A stretch of 63,487 bases of DNA, the filler included, from Reclinomonas americana ATCC 50394 (Eukaryota), in the NCBI GenBank assembly GCA_048213135.1. It is 17 parts of 17 records of this genome, joined end to end, with 100 filler letters (N's around TTAATTAATTAA, not from the genome) between each part and the next. Parts side by side here need not be neighbours in the genome. Positions count along the whole stretch, not along the records: positions 1 to 7,991 come from AFZH01023358.1; positions 8,092 to 10,410 come from AFZH01023361.1; positions 10,511 to 14,697 come from AFZH01023362.1; 14 more parts are not named here. One strand, 5' to 3'. Numbering within the stretch: the first letter of the stretch is position 1; each line of letters starts with the position of its first letter. Below, in pieces: positions 1 to 11,135 of the stretch. The notes below the pieces were generated by a model. The model searched no databases and had not been told where the DNA came from. It worked only from the letters and a program-made list of their open reading frames with translations. The translations under genes were made by a program, and so were the position numbers.

Positions 1-732
1 TCTTGGGACTTGGTCGACCCTTCCTAACCGGTACCGTCCCGCCCGCCGGCTGCCATCCCTCGACTGCTGTCGGCCGAACGACGGAGTCTCGGTACTACGC
101 AGAGAGAGAGAGAGAGAGAGAAAGAAGAAGAAGAGACAAGAGAGAAGGCCCTGACTATTGTTGAGCATTCAACGAGTGAGAATCACGACAACGCAGTGTG
201 TGACAACAACACTCATCCTCACACACACACACACACATGCACACACTTGCACTGCGAGCGAGACAACACACAGCGCAAACTCCAAATTTTCCGACTTCTC
301 ACTCCCTCCCTCTCCCTCACTTGCTTCCCACGAGAGACGCAACTGTAGCACGCACAAAGGTAAACCACGCAATGTACGCGAGAAGCAGAGTGGCGGCAAT
401 CCACTCCCACATGATTGAAAAAAAACAAAAAGTGATGATTGTCTGTCGGAATCGAGCTCGGAGTCCGCGTAGTCAAGTTCGGTTTCATGCAAAGGCGATT
501 GCATGCAGTGCTGTTTGTGAGCTGGGAAGCACGTGTCGCGCTGCCATCTCGCGAGGTGCACAGCGCAGGGATGGTGTGATTGCTGACGCAGAAGAACGTG
601 TATTGAAAATTGAAATACTTGGCGTCAAAGAGAGATCACGGTTCAGGCACAGAGAGCCACAGGCAACGTTGAAAACAAAGGAAAAGACTCGCTGAAAGCG
701 GTGCATGAGAAAAAAGGAAAACCCCCAAGTGA

Positions 733-2083
733 TCAAGCGGTATCGTCCTCGTCGAACACTCCACCGAACAGCTCCTCATCCTCCTCATCGACTTCGACTG
801 CGCGAATGTTCCAGACCGACTCCTCGTTAATAATGTAACGCACATTCGCAGCGGTTGCAAAGAGCGTGCGGCGCGCCAAATGCTTGAAGAACCAGAATGC
901 GTTCAACAGAAGTGCGCGGCTGACCCGGACGTCGAAGTGCTCGTCACTGCGCAGATCAGCGAGGAAGTCGTTCAGTTGATCCACAACTTGAGCACGAAGT
1001 TCTTGTCGCTCGTCGCCGGCAATGTAGCGGAGGCGTCGAGTGCGTGTGCCGGGAACCTCATAGTCCGGATTTTTCTGCGAGAATCGAACCACAAAATCGT
1101 CGACCTTGAAGTTACGGAGGCCAATGTCGATATTTTCTGGATCCTCATGCACGTAACCATCCGAGTACACTCCGTCAAACAGCGCCCCTCCTCTCCGCAG
1201 CGTCTTCTCAGGGCTACCATGCCCAAAAACGCAACGGGCACCGTAAAAGAGGCGGAGCAACAAGCCTGCGACCTCAGCATTGAAGCCAACAAAGACACGG
1301 AACTCGGGCTTGCTGGAGTCGAAGTTTTCGAGAGCCCAGAGGAACATGCCATCTCCTAGCTTGTTTTCAGTGTCGGTGTGTGGATTTGTGTATGTCACCT
1401 CCAAAGTCTGCCAGGCGTCCGTCAACACGAGTGGCGCATTGAGGCCTAGTTCTGCGTTGGTGAGCGATCATGAGAGTTAGAAATGCTGCAGCAAATAATT
1501 CACGTGTAAGCACTGAGTACTCACTTCCTGCGGCAGCACGCACTTTGTCAGCCAACGGAGTATCGAAACCAAAGAGGGTTTTTTCAACGCCGAGATTGGT
1601 CCCTCGTACCACCACATTCGACACGAGATCGCGCTCGTTGGAAGCGATCAAGAAGTTGGCAGCCAAAAGAGAGACCGTGACCGCATTTCGGCTCGCGGGA
1701 GCAGCTGCTTCGTCACCGTCATCAGCCTCTCGCGCATGCGCGTCGAGACCGGCTGCAATCAAGGTTCGCAAAACCTTCCAGCGACGCACGCGTCGCTGGC
1801 CGCCGACATCAACATCCGCATCGATGATCCCCGCAGACCATAGGCGATCACAGATTAGGGTGCATGCCTCCGACAAGATCTCCTTCCACACGCTTTCCCA
1901 GCGCGCCACGATGGCCACGATTCCAAGTCGACGAAGGCGACCGTACGCCTTTTGCTGATTTGACGTTAACGTTCCTCTCGCAAACACGGCATTTTGGAAC
2001 GCTTGTTGCTCTGCATCCACTTCTTCTCGGAACCGCCTGTAGGCTTGGCACCCTTCAACCGGTTCTCCCGCCGCGGCTGCCAT
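733..2083 (-). CDS. Two-exon eukaryotic protein (~425 aa), candidate HEPN-domain RNase
   Basis: ORFs 1367-2083 and 733-1428 join in frame through a GTGAGT...CTAAC...CAG intron at 1452-1524 (73 nt). N-terminal helix LGIVAIVARWESVW and C-terminal LFYGARCVFGHG (Rx4H) match the HEPN pattern. Confidence 0.6.
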
Positions 2084-2554
2084 CCCTGAATACTTTGTTA
2101 GTCATTGTTCAAAACGACGATGCCGCATCACCACAGCTCACCAACTTGCGAAAAAAAAAGGATATTCCTGAGAAGCGCAGACGAAATGCGGTTGTAGCAT
2201 CGTTCGTACGGAGTGGGGGACGGAGAGGGGGACGAGTATACTGTGAGGAAAAGAAGAAAGAACGAGGGGGACAGGTCAGTTTTAATGGGGGACGACCAAT
2301 GCTGACTGGGAACAATGCTTTCATCAATATATGGCACCACTTTACCACTTTACCATGAATACACAAGGAAGAACTGCTGCGGTGGACGTATATGGTCAGC
2401 GTCAAAGAAGAGCAAAGCCAATCGCGGAGAGACTGACCGTTGTTCATGGTAAAGTCAGGAGGAACTGAGCTGCGCTGGACGGACGTGTTCAACGCTAGCC
2501 ATTCTAGACTCTTCTCTCTTCTCCCTTCTCCTCCCTTGCCCTTACCCTTCCCCC

Positions 2555-3652
2555 TCATGACCACCTCGGCCCCCTCCACACCACCACCCTCGCCTCCTCC
2601 AACAAACAACACCGCATCACCAGCTCCACCAACCCCCTCCTCTCCACCCCTTCCCCCTCTCCATCCCCCTCTTGCATCGCCCTCACCACCCCCACCACCC
2701 CCACCACCACCTCCACCTCCCTCCACGCCCACTCCACCGGCGTCGCCCACACGCGCACCACACAATCCTCCCCGCAGCTCACCACATGCCGCCCGTCACC
2801 CGACGCACGCACCACCATCACCTCCTTTGCATGCCCCCAGGCATACCGATGCACCTCCCTGCCCTCCAGCGACCACACCCGCACCGTGCCATCACCGCCG
2901 CCGCTCACCACATGCTCCTCGTCCGCCGAAAACACCACCGACCACACCCACCCCGTATGCCCGCGCAAGCTGCACAGAAGCGCACCCGTAATCGCCGAGA
3001 ACACTCGCACCGTGTCATCGCAGCTGCCAGTGGCCACCAGTCGCCCATCGCGCGTCACCGCCACCGAGGTCATGGCCGCGTCCAGCGCCACCTCCGATCG
3101 CACCACTTGTCGCGCACTCGCCAGTGACCACACAATGAACAGTCCGTCGCCTCCACCACTGACCAGCACACGACCACTATCATCCTCGTCGTCGTCGGAG
3201 CCGGAGACCGCCACCGACGCCACCCAACTCTCGTGTCCGCTGAATCTCCGCACCTTCTTGCCACTGATCAGCGACCACATGTGCACACGACGGTCGTCTC
3301 CCGCGCCCACGAGCACATACTCGCCCGCGTGCTCCATGGCCAGCACCGCGTTGACAGTCACAGATGCAAGTGAGAAGCTCCACGACGACGATTGCTTGTC
3401 ATCAGTGACGAGTGAGTGTACGTGTGCGCGGCGGAGGTGGCGACTGACGTGGATGACGTAGTGGCCGTCGGAGGTCACGGCGAGCGAGGAGAAGCCGCAG
3501 GGGCAGTCGGGGAAGAGGCGCACTTGTTGGTGTGGTGGAGGAGAAGCAAGTGACCACATGCGCATGGTGTTGTCGTCGGCGGCGCTGATGACGTGGCGGC
3601 TGTCGGGGGTGATGGCGAGGGAGAAGACGCGCTCGGTGTGACCGGTGAGCAT
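2555..3652 (-). CDS. WD40-repeat protein with the conserved C-terminal tail shared with the 52.6-59.7 kb family
   Basis: MLTGHTERVFSLAITPDS..., about 7 GH...W repeats, tail GLVELVMRCCLLEEARVV. The ORF extension upstream of 3652 is low-complexity. Confidence 0.85.
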   Translation of the reverse strand: MLTGHTERVFSLAITPDSRHVISAADDNTMRMWSLASPPPHQQVRLFPDCPCGFSSLAVTSDGHYVIHVSRHLRRAHVHSLVTDDKQSSSWSFSLASVTVNAVLAMEHAGEYVLVGAGDDRRVHMWSLISGKKVRRFSGHESWVASVAVSGSDDDEDDSGRVLVSGGGDGLFIVWSLASARQVVRSEVALDAAMTSVAVTRDGRLVATGSCDDTVRVFSAITGALLCSLRGHTGWVWSVVFSADEEHVVSGGGDGTVRVWSLEGREVHRYAWGHAKEVMVVRASGDGRHVVSCGEDCVVRVWATPVEWAWREVEVVVGVVGVVRAMQEGDGEGEGVERRGLVELVMRCCLLEEARVVVWRGPRWS

Positions 3653-4371
3653 TGTGCAGGGGAAGGGAGAAGGGGGAAGGAAGAAGGGAGAGAGGGGAAA
3701 GGGTGATGTAATGGGGAAGGGCAGAGTTGTCCTGTCGATGTGAAGGGGGAAGGAGAGGAGATGCAGTGGCTGTGGAGTGGGAAGGAGAGGAGATGCAGTG
3801 GCTGTGTTGCCAGGGATAATTCCAGGGAAAGGGAAGGGAGAGGAAAGCACACGATATCGATTATCGTATCGCCGTAGAGGGGAGGAGGAGTGGCGATGAA
3901 TTCGAAGTGGCTGTGTTGCCAGGGAAAGGAAGGGATGGAAGGGCAACAATTGTTCAGTCGGGGAAGGAGTGGAGAGCAGATGCTGTTGGCAGAGCTTGAG
4001 GAGAAAGATTTGAGGGAAAGGAAAGGGGGAGGGAAGGGCAAGAGTTGTCCTGTTGTGGCAGTGGCAATGTACGGCGCTTTACCATCAAGGAGGCAGCCAG
4101 AAGGATTGCTTTCAAAGATGATGGCATGGTTTGCTTCGACGTTTTGCTCCAGCATCACGATTTTGATTCTGGTCAACCTTGAGGCTCGCATAGTTGCCGC
4201 GGTGCATCGTGTTAAAGGCGGGGATGTAGAACTTGCACCATGCTAGACCTCGCGGACCACTCTGTGCTGTAATGACAGCGGCAAGCCAAGTCGTTCTACG
4301 CCTCAGAATAAAGGATGAAACATTTCCTGCACTCTAGCAACACAATTTCTTTCTCTCGTTCTTGCACTCGT

Positions 4372-4419
<48 letters not shown>

Positions 4420-4431
4420 TATTTATTTATT

Positions 4432-4485
<54 letters not shown>
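4372..4485. repeat. (TTTC)n microsatellite at the start of a ~1.1 kb polypyrimidine tract
   Basis: Read directly. A longer motif GCTGACTCCTT...CCCTCACTTGTC recurs near 4622, 5026 and partially 5275. Confidence 0.95.
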
Positions 4486-4491
<6 letters not shown>

Positions 4492-4558
4492 TCTCTCTCT
4501 CCTTCCCCTCTTGCTTTCTTACTTGTCCCGTTGCCTCGTCTCTCACTCTGGCTCCTTT

Positions 4559-4594
<36 letters not shown>

Positions 4595-5146
4595 TTCATT
4601 TTCTCTAGATTTTCTCTCGCAGCTGACTCCTTCCTCTCTCCTCTCTTTGCTTCCATTCCTCAATCTCCTGCTCTCCCTCACTTTTTCCCGTGCCTGCGCC
4701 CTCACTTGTCTTCGCTCTTCGCCTCTGGCTTACTTGCCTCGTGGCCTCCTCTCTAGCTCCCTCCTTTCTTCTCACTCTGTTCTCCTTCTGTCAACCAAGT
4801 CTCCTTCCTATTTCTTTTGTCGCATTCCTCTCTCACTCTCCCCCTCCGTCCTTCTCACTCTTTTTCCTCCTTACTCCGCAACACGCACACGCACACAATT
4901 CAACGCACTCAGAACCCACTTACCCAGTGCTCTCTCTCTCTCTCTCTTTCTCTCTTGACGTATGCGCACATCTCTCTTATCCCCTCCTTTCTCTCACTCT
5001 ATTTTCCCCGTCCTTTTTTCTCGCTGCTGACTCCTTTCTCTCTTCTCTCTTTGCTTCCATTCCTCAGTCGCCTACTCCCCCTCACTTTTCCCTTGCCTGC
5101 TCCCTCACTTGTCTCCTTATCTTTGTGCACGTCTCCTTCCTCCGTT

Positions 5147-5181
<35 letters not shown>

Positions 5182-5536
5182 CATCAGCCTATCCTCCTTC
5201 CTTCTCTATATCTCTCTTGATTCACTCTCTCACTTCTTTCTCGTACCTCTCCTCTCTCTTCTCAGTCTCCAGCACTCCCTCACTTTTCCCTTGCCTGCTC
5301 CCTCACTTGTCTCCTTCTCTCTGTGCGCTTCTCCTTCTCTAATCCTCATTTCGCTAACTCACATTGCGCTATTTTCTCTCTTCCTATCTCTCCTCCCTCT
5401 GCGCCCCTTTCCCTCTCCTCTCCCTTCTCCCTCCCCTTCCCCTTCCGCCCCTCCCCCTTCTCCAATTACGAAACCCAGTTTCGTTTTACCTCCAACTTTC
5501 CCGTCTCCCTTCCCCTTCCGCCCTTCCCCAATCTAT

Positions 5537-6777
5537 CTACTGCGCCACCGCACACAAGCTATCCCCCTCCGGCGCCAACTTTCGCAGCCACACCTGATTC
5601 GACTTGACGAGCACCGACAGCTCCGAGCCAAACGCCGCCACGAAACCCTCCACCGCCAACATATTCATCGGCTCCACCTGCCGCACCGCCAGGATGCCGC
5701 CGACGCGCAGCATCTGGAACGACAGCACCAGGTCCTCCATGGTGCGCACGCCCATGTGGCACCCGTCAATGGCGATAAAGTCGTACAACGGCGCCTCCGC
5801 CGCCACCATGTACGCCAGCGCCTTGATGCTGCTCGAGTGAATGTAGCGCACGCGATTCTGCTCCACAAACGGCGCCATGGCGACGCGGAACGACTCCGGC
5901 TCCGCCGCCCGGTCGATGCACTCGAGCGTGGCCGCCGGCACCGAGTTCTTGATCATGAACAGCGAGGTGCGGCCGGTGCCGGCGCCAATCTCCAGCAGGC
6001 GCAGCGTCGTGTCGACCGGCACCAGCTCGGCGAAATTCGTCGCAAAGTCGCCGTCAACCTCCTCGGCGTTGTTGTTGGGTTCGGTGGAGAACTGCGCGAG
6101 GAACTTTTCGCGCGAGTAGCGGCGCAGCGCGCGCACCGCACGGTCGTGCACCTCGGCCAGGGTGAGGCACTCGCCTTGCAGGTTGTGCACGTGACCAAAG
6201 GCCAGCACTGGGGAAAGGGAGAGAAAGGAGAAGGGGGTGAGAGGAGGGGAGAGAAAGGAGAAGGGTGGATGGGGGAAGGAGAGAGAGACGAGTGTGCAAA
6301 AGGTTGGGAGAGAGAGTGAGAGAATGAGTGACTGCGGAAAATGTGCGAAATGTGTATGACTGTGAGTGCGTGAGTGTGAGGGGGAGAGAGTAAGCACGTG
6401 TATAGGCATGACAGTGCGGGTGCGTGCGCGAGAGAGTGAGCAAAAACACGAGAAAATGAATATGAACTCTATCTCTCTCGCACACACACACCTGCATCAA
6501 ACGTGTTCACGGCATTGACAAACGTGAGCATGACAGTGGCGCCGTTGACATTGAGCGCGATGCTCGCATCCTGGAACGCCTGCACGTCCACAGGCACCTC
6601 CGTCAACTGCAAGTTGGTGCACACAGAGTACGGGGCCTGCGCCTGCGCGGGAGCCGCTTCCTCCGAAGTTGCTGCTGGAGGTGCTTCTGCTGCTGCAGCA
6701 GTCACGTCCTCCTGCGCGAGTGTCGCGAGCACGAGGAGGATGGAGACGAGGAGGAAGAGCAGAGTGGCAGCGCGCAT
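5537..6777 (-). CDS. Signal-peptide-bearing class I SAM-dependent methyltransferase (Methyltransf_24-like), two exons, ~318 aa
   Basis: Exon 1 6492-6777 starts MRAATLLFLLVSILLVLATLAQ. GT-AG intron 6208-6491. Exon 2 has LLEIGAGTGRTS, YDFIAIDGCH and LRVGGILAV. Confidence 0.75.
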
Positions 6778-7250
6778 GGAGAAAAAGAAAGCAATGGAAA
6801 AGGCGGGAATTTATTGTGTCGCACAAAACCAAGAGGACGTCCGAACACGATCGCGAGAGACGGCAGCAGCTGCAGACCGTGTTTGGTATTGAGCATCCTG
6901 GAGCGCCTGCACGTCCACGGGCACCTCCGTCAACTGCAAGTTGGTGCACACAGAGTAAGGCGCCTGCGCGGGAGCCGCTTCCTCCGAAGTTGCGCATGCT
7001 GCTGGAAGGGCTTCTGCTGCAGCAGTCACGTCCTCTTGCGCGTGTGTCGCGAGCACGAGGAGGACGGAGATGAGGAGGAAGAGCAGAGTGGCAGCGCGCA
7101 TGGAGAGGGAGAAACAATAGAAAAGGCGGGAATTTTTGTGTCGCACAAAACTTGCGAGGACGTCCGAACACGATCGCGAGAGACGGCAGCAGCTGCAGAC
7201 CGTGTTTGGTATTAAGCATCCTGGAGCGCCTGCACGCCCACAGGCACCTC
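6567..7250. repeat. ~325-bp tandem duplication of the methyltransferase upstream region and first exon (two copies plus a 34-bp third)
   Basis: CATCCTGGARCGCCTGCACG recurs at about 6567, 6895 and 7217. The second copy encodes MRAATLLFLLISVLLVLATHAQ. Confidence 0.9.
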
Positions 7251-7991
7251 TGAACAACGAAACTGCGGAAATATCAGGAACTTGCGACGTCGACGCGTAC
7301 GTATACGTTCGAAATCGATCCCGTCGCGATGCCGAGACCCGCGCATGTGCACATGTACCGCTTCACAAGATCCGTGTATTGCCGTAGAGAGACATTGTAG
7401 CGCCCTCTATCGCCAGTGCCTGCACTGCTTACAAGTCTGCATGAACGAATTTGCGTTGTCCCGCTCAAAACCGTTTCCGTCGTATTTCCAGGCCGGCGCC
7501 GCAGCAGGAGTCGGCGTCTCTCCACAAGTGCGTTTTACGTACCTCGACTTGCATCCGATCCGCTCTCTGGCCATGAGTCGAGTGTGTGATTTCTCTCTCG
7601 GAAAAACATCTCTAAGTGCCTGCGCTTTCACCGCACCATCACTGCCCTCATCCATCATGTTGCGCTGATTGGTTGCCACCTCTCTCTCTCTCTCCGACTG
7701 TGCGCTAAACGATGCCCTTGTCTCTCTTTTTCTTTCGCTCTCTGCTGCTCGCTCGCTGTCTTCATTGCGCTGCTCTAAGTCGACTGGTTTCGGTCCTCTC
7801 AGATTCGCTGCTGCTGCTGAATCAGCCTATCAGCTCATGGCCTCGCGGCCGCCATCACACTGAGCTTGTGCTGCTGAGCAGAGAAGTGACCGCCTCGCAT
7901 TCCTCGCAGAAGAGAGCTCTCCCCTTTTTCTTTCGGTCCCTGTCTCCCTCTCTCTCACCCTCCTTCTCTTCTTTCTCTCTCTCTCTCTCTC

Positions 7992-8091
7992 NNNNNNNNN
8001 NNNNNNNNNNNNNNNNNNNNNNNNNNNNNNNNNNNTTAATTAATTAANNNNNNNNNNNNNNNNNNNNNNNNNNNNNNNNNNNNNNNNNNNN
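7992..8091. other. Artificial contig linker (N44-TTAATTAATTAA-N44); first of 16
   Basis: Identical 100-nt linkers at 7992, 10411, 14698, 16874, 20400, 21537, 27901, 43971, 47100, 48260, 50791, 51955, 53800, 57999, 59264 and 62009. TTAATTAATTAA gives stops in all six frames. Confidence 0.98.
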
Positions 8092-8295
8092 CTTCAGCCC
8101 GCGTTCCGACAACTCGACCAGATAAGCCCGGATATCGTCCGCCGTGGCCGCAGCCGGCCCGCCTCGGCTCGCAGCGAAGCCGAGATAGTCGTCGAGATCG
8201 CGCTCATAGGCCTCGAGCGTGTTCTTGGCTGCGCCGCGCTCGGCCGCCAGCATGTCGAGGAACCCGTTCAGCCAGGAGCGCGCCTGCTTGCTCAT
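8092..8295 (-). CDS. xerD: Tyrosine recombinase XerD, N-terminal part (truncated by contig end)
   Basis: FLDMLAAERGAAKNTLEAYERDL is the typical alphaproteobacterial XerD N-terminus. Confidence 0.9.
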
Positions 8296-8435
8296 TTCTG
8301 CAGCTTCGAGGGCGGTACGATCTCGACCATCTCGCGCGGCTCCGGCTTCACGAAGGTGACCAGCGCCAGCATGCCGCCATAGACCAGCCCGGCGATGACA
8401 GCCAGGAACGTCAGGAACTTGAACAGCGTCGGCAC
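8292..8435 (-). CDS. Small (47 aa) single-TM protein upstream of xerD
   Basis: GTG start, MPTLFKFLTFLAVIAGLVYGGMLALVTFVKPEPREMVEIVPPSKLQK. Stop overlaps the xerD ATG (ATGA). Too short for the ORF track. Confidence 0.8.
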   Translation of the reverse strand: MPTLFKFLTFLAVIAGLVYGGMLALVTFVKPEPREMVEIVPPSKLQK

Positions 8436-8465
8436 GGCCGGCGATTCCCCATGCACCCCAACCCG

Positions 8466-10298
8466 TTATTTCTGATTGGGGGTGTCGGACGCAAGGGCGG
8501 AACCGGCGATCTTTGCAAGCTGCAGCGCGCGCAGGCTGTTGCCGACGAACCAGCGAACGGCCTGCCGGAGGTCGTCGAGCCGCAGCGGCGCCTCGCGCGC
8601 AGCGCCTGTGTCGATGAGGTCCCGGCGCAACACGCCCGGCAGCAGCCCATGCTCCAACGGTGGCGTCAGCAAGACGCCGTCGCGCTCGACGAAGATGGTG
8701 CTGCGGCTGGTCTCGGTGACGTAGCCCTGCCGGTTGAGCAGCACCGCATCGTCGCAGCCATCAGCGGACGCTTCCGCCGACGCCCGGTCATAGACCGCCC
8801 TGCGCGTCGTCTTGTGGCGCAGGAACGGATCGCCGGCGTCGACGGGCTGGCTGGCGACGGCAATGCGGAGCACGCCATCGGCTGCACGCGGCATCGGCGC
8901 CGTGGTGATCTGAAGCGTGCCGCGGTGCAGTTCGCAACGCACGCGGCGGTCTTTCCCGGCGGGGAACGACGCTTCAATCTCGGCGAGCTGCGCGAGCGCC
9001 TGCTCCCGGTCGAACCGGAAGTCGAGCGCTACCGCCGAAGCGCCCAGACGGTCCAGATGCAGCGCCAGCCGGACATAGCCGCCCGACCAGCGCAAGGTCT
9101 CGATCAGCCCATAATCTTCGGCGAGATCGGTCAGCACCCGCGCCTTCAGCCGGCACTCGGCATATTCCTCGGCCGGCCTGGAATCGACGACGATGCCGCC
9201 GCCGACGCCATAGACGCCCGCGCCGCCCGGCAGCAGCGTCGCTGTCCGGATCGCCACGTTGAAGCTGAGATCGCCATTGGGCGCGATCGTGCCGATGGAG
9301 CCGGTATAGATCTCGCGCGGCGCGGCTTCGAGCTCGCGGATGATCTCCATCGCCCTGAGCTTCGGCGCGCCTGTGACCGAACCGCACGGGAACAGCGCCT
9401 GCATCTGCTCCAGAAGCGACAGGCCGGGCCGCAATCGGCTCGTCACCGTCGAGGTCAGCGTATGGAAGCCCGGATAGGTCTCGACTCTGAACAGCGCGGG
9501 AACCTCGACCGAGCCCTGCTCGCTGACGCGGCTGAGATCGTTGCGCAAGAGGTCGACGATCATCAGGTTCTCGGCCCGCTGCTTCGGATCGGCCCGCAGC
9601 GATGCCTTCGCCACCTCGTCGGCCTGCGCATCGACGCCGCGCGCAGCTGTCCCTTTCATGGGGCGGGTCGTGGCATACCCGCCTGCGGTCGCGATGAACA
9701 GCTCCGGCGAGACCGAGAGGATGCTCGCCTCTCCAGTCGCGATCAGGCCGCCATGCGCGACCGGCTGGCTCGCCCGGAGCGCGCCATAGAGAGCGAGCGG
9801 ATCGCCGGGGTAGCGGAAGCGGATCGGGAAGGTCAGGTTGACCTGATAGGCGTCGCCGGCACGGAGATAGTCGAGCACGCGCTGCACCGCTGCCGCATGG
9901 CCGGCTTGGTCCAGCCCGAAGGTCAGATCCTCCAGCGGCGGTGGACAGAGTGCCGCGAAATCCCGGTCGAGCGCGGCCGGTTCGACACTGCGCGGCGCCT
10001 CGAACAGGCCGAACCAGAGCAGCGGCAGACTGCGTTGCGACGGCAGCTGCCCGGCAAGGCGCGGCTCGAAGGCATAGCCCAGCTCGTATGACAGAAAACC
10101 GGCCGCATGCAGGCCGCGCGCCAATCCCGCTTCGATTCGCGCCAAGGCGCCCCCCATCCCCGACGGCTCGTCGGCCTCGATGATCTCCAGGGGATCGGCG
10201 AAGAGCAGCGCCTGACCTGCCCCGCCGCGATCCTCCAGCAGCACGAAGGGCGCCCGCAAGGCGGCGATCCCGCAATCCTCTCCGGCCACCGGCATCAT
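8466..10298 (-). CDS. pabB: Aminodeoxychorismate synthase component I fused to a class IV aminotransferase (ADC lyase) domain
   Basis: AGDAYQVNLT, SPELF, TRPMKGT, AENLMIVDLLRNDL and FPCGSVTGAPK, then LRHKTTRR and GLLPGVLR. Confidence 0.92.
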   Translation of the reverse strand: MMPVAGEDCGIAALRAPFVLLEDRGGAGQALLFADPLEIIEADEPSGMGGALARIEAGLARGLHAAGFLSYELGYAFEPRLAGQLPSQRSLPLLWFGLFEAPRSVEPAALDRDFAALCPPPLEDLTFGLDQAGHAAAVQRVLDYLRAGDAYQVNLTFPIRFRYPGDPLALYGALRASQPVAHGGLIATGEASILSVSPELFIATAGGYATTRPMKGTAARGVDAQADEVAKASLRADPKQRAENLMIVDLLRNDLSRVSEQGSVEVPALFRVETYPGFHTLTSTVTSRLRPGLSLLEQMQALFPCGSVTGAPKLRAMEIIRELEAAPREIYTGSIGTIAPNGDLSFNVAIRTATLLPGGAGVYGVGGGIVVDSRPAEEYAECRLKARVLTDLAEDYGLIETLRWSGGYVRLALHLDRLGASAVALDFRFDREQALAQLAEIEASFPAGKDRRVRCELHRGTLQITTAPMPRAADGVLRIAVASQPVDAGDPFLRHKTTRRAVYDRASAEASADGCDDAVLLNRQGYVTETSRSTIFVERDGVLLTPPLEHGLLPGVLRRDLIDTGAAREAPLRLDDLRQAVRWFVGNSLRALQLAKIAGSALASDTPNQK

Positions 10299-10510
10299 GC
10301 GCCTCACTGTCCTCGTCGCGGCGCTACGAGCCCGACCGGGCGGCCCCGGTCAAGCCGCAGCGCAAGGCACATGGCGGTACCGCGATCCTCATGCTAGAGC
10401 GGGCTCAAGGNNNNNNNNNNNNNNNNNNNNNNNNNNNNNNNNNNNNNNNNNNNNTTAATTAATTAANNNNNNNNNNNNNNNNNNNNNNNNNNNNNNNNNN
10501 NNNNNNNNNN

Positions 10511-11135
10511 GGTGCTGGCCTCGCCCTATACCCGCATGCCGCTCTGGCGCGACAAGCCCGAGAACATCGTCGGCGTCCTGCACGCCAAGGACCTGCTGCG
10601 CGCGCTCGATGCCGCCGGCGGCGATGCCTGCAAGCTCGATGTCGCGACCATCGCGCTCGAATCCTGGTTCGTGCCGGTGAACACGCCGCTGCCCGAGCAG
10701 CTCAAGGCCTTCCTCGCCCGCAAGACGCATTTCGCCCTCGTCGTCGACGAATATGGCGAGGTGATGGGGCTCGTCACGCTGGAGGACATCCTCGAGGAGA
10801 TCGTCGGCGACATCCGCGACGAACACGATGTCGCCGTGCCCGGCCTGCGCCAGCAGCCGGATGGGGCAGTTATCGTCGACGGCGGCGTGCCGATCCGCGA
10901 CCTCAACCGGGCGATGGACTGGCAATTGCCCGACGACGAGGCGACCACCATCGCCGGGCTCGTCATCCACGAGGCCCGTGCCATCCCCGATGCCGGCCAG
11001 GCCTTCACCTTCCACGGCTTCCGCTTCGAGGTGATGCGCAAGAGCCGCAACCGGCTGACCGCACTCCGGGTGGCGCCCGCCGGCAACGGCACGCTGGCCG
11101 AGCCGGACGCGGCCACTGCCTCGGTCAGGGGCTGA
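10511..11135 (+). CDS. HlyC/CorC family CBS-domain transporter-associated protein, C-terminal part
   Basis: YTRMPLW, ALVVDEYGEVMGLVTLEDILEEIVGDIRDEHD and ATTIAGLVIHE. Confidence 0.92.

Noticed and set aside
4315..6319. Long plus-strand Leu/Ser/Phe/Pro-rich ORFs
   Set aside because: They are translations of polypyrimidine microsatellites or the antisense strand of the methyltransferase.
7992..8091. Recurrent TTAATTAATTAA motif
   Set aside because: Always centred in N-runs of identical length, so it is an assembly linker. ORFs ending in XXXLIN are artefacts.
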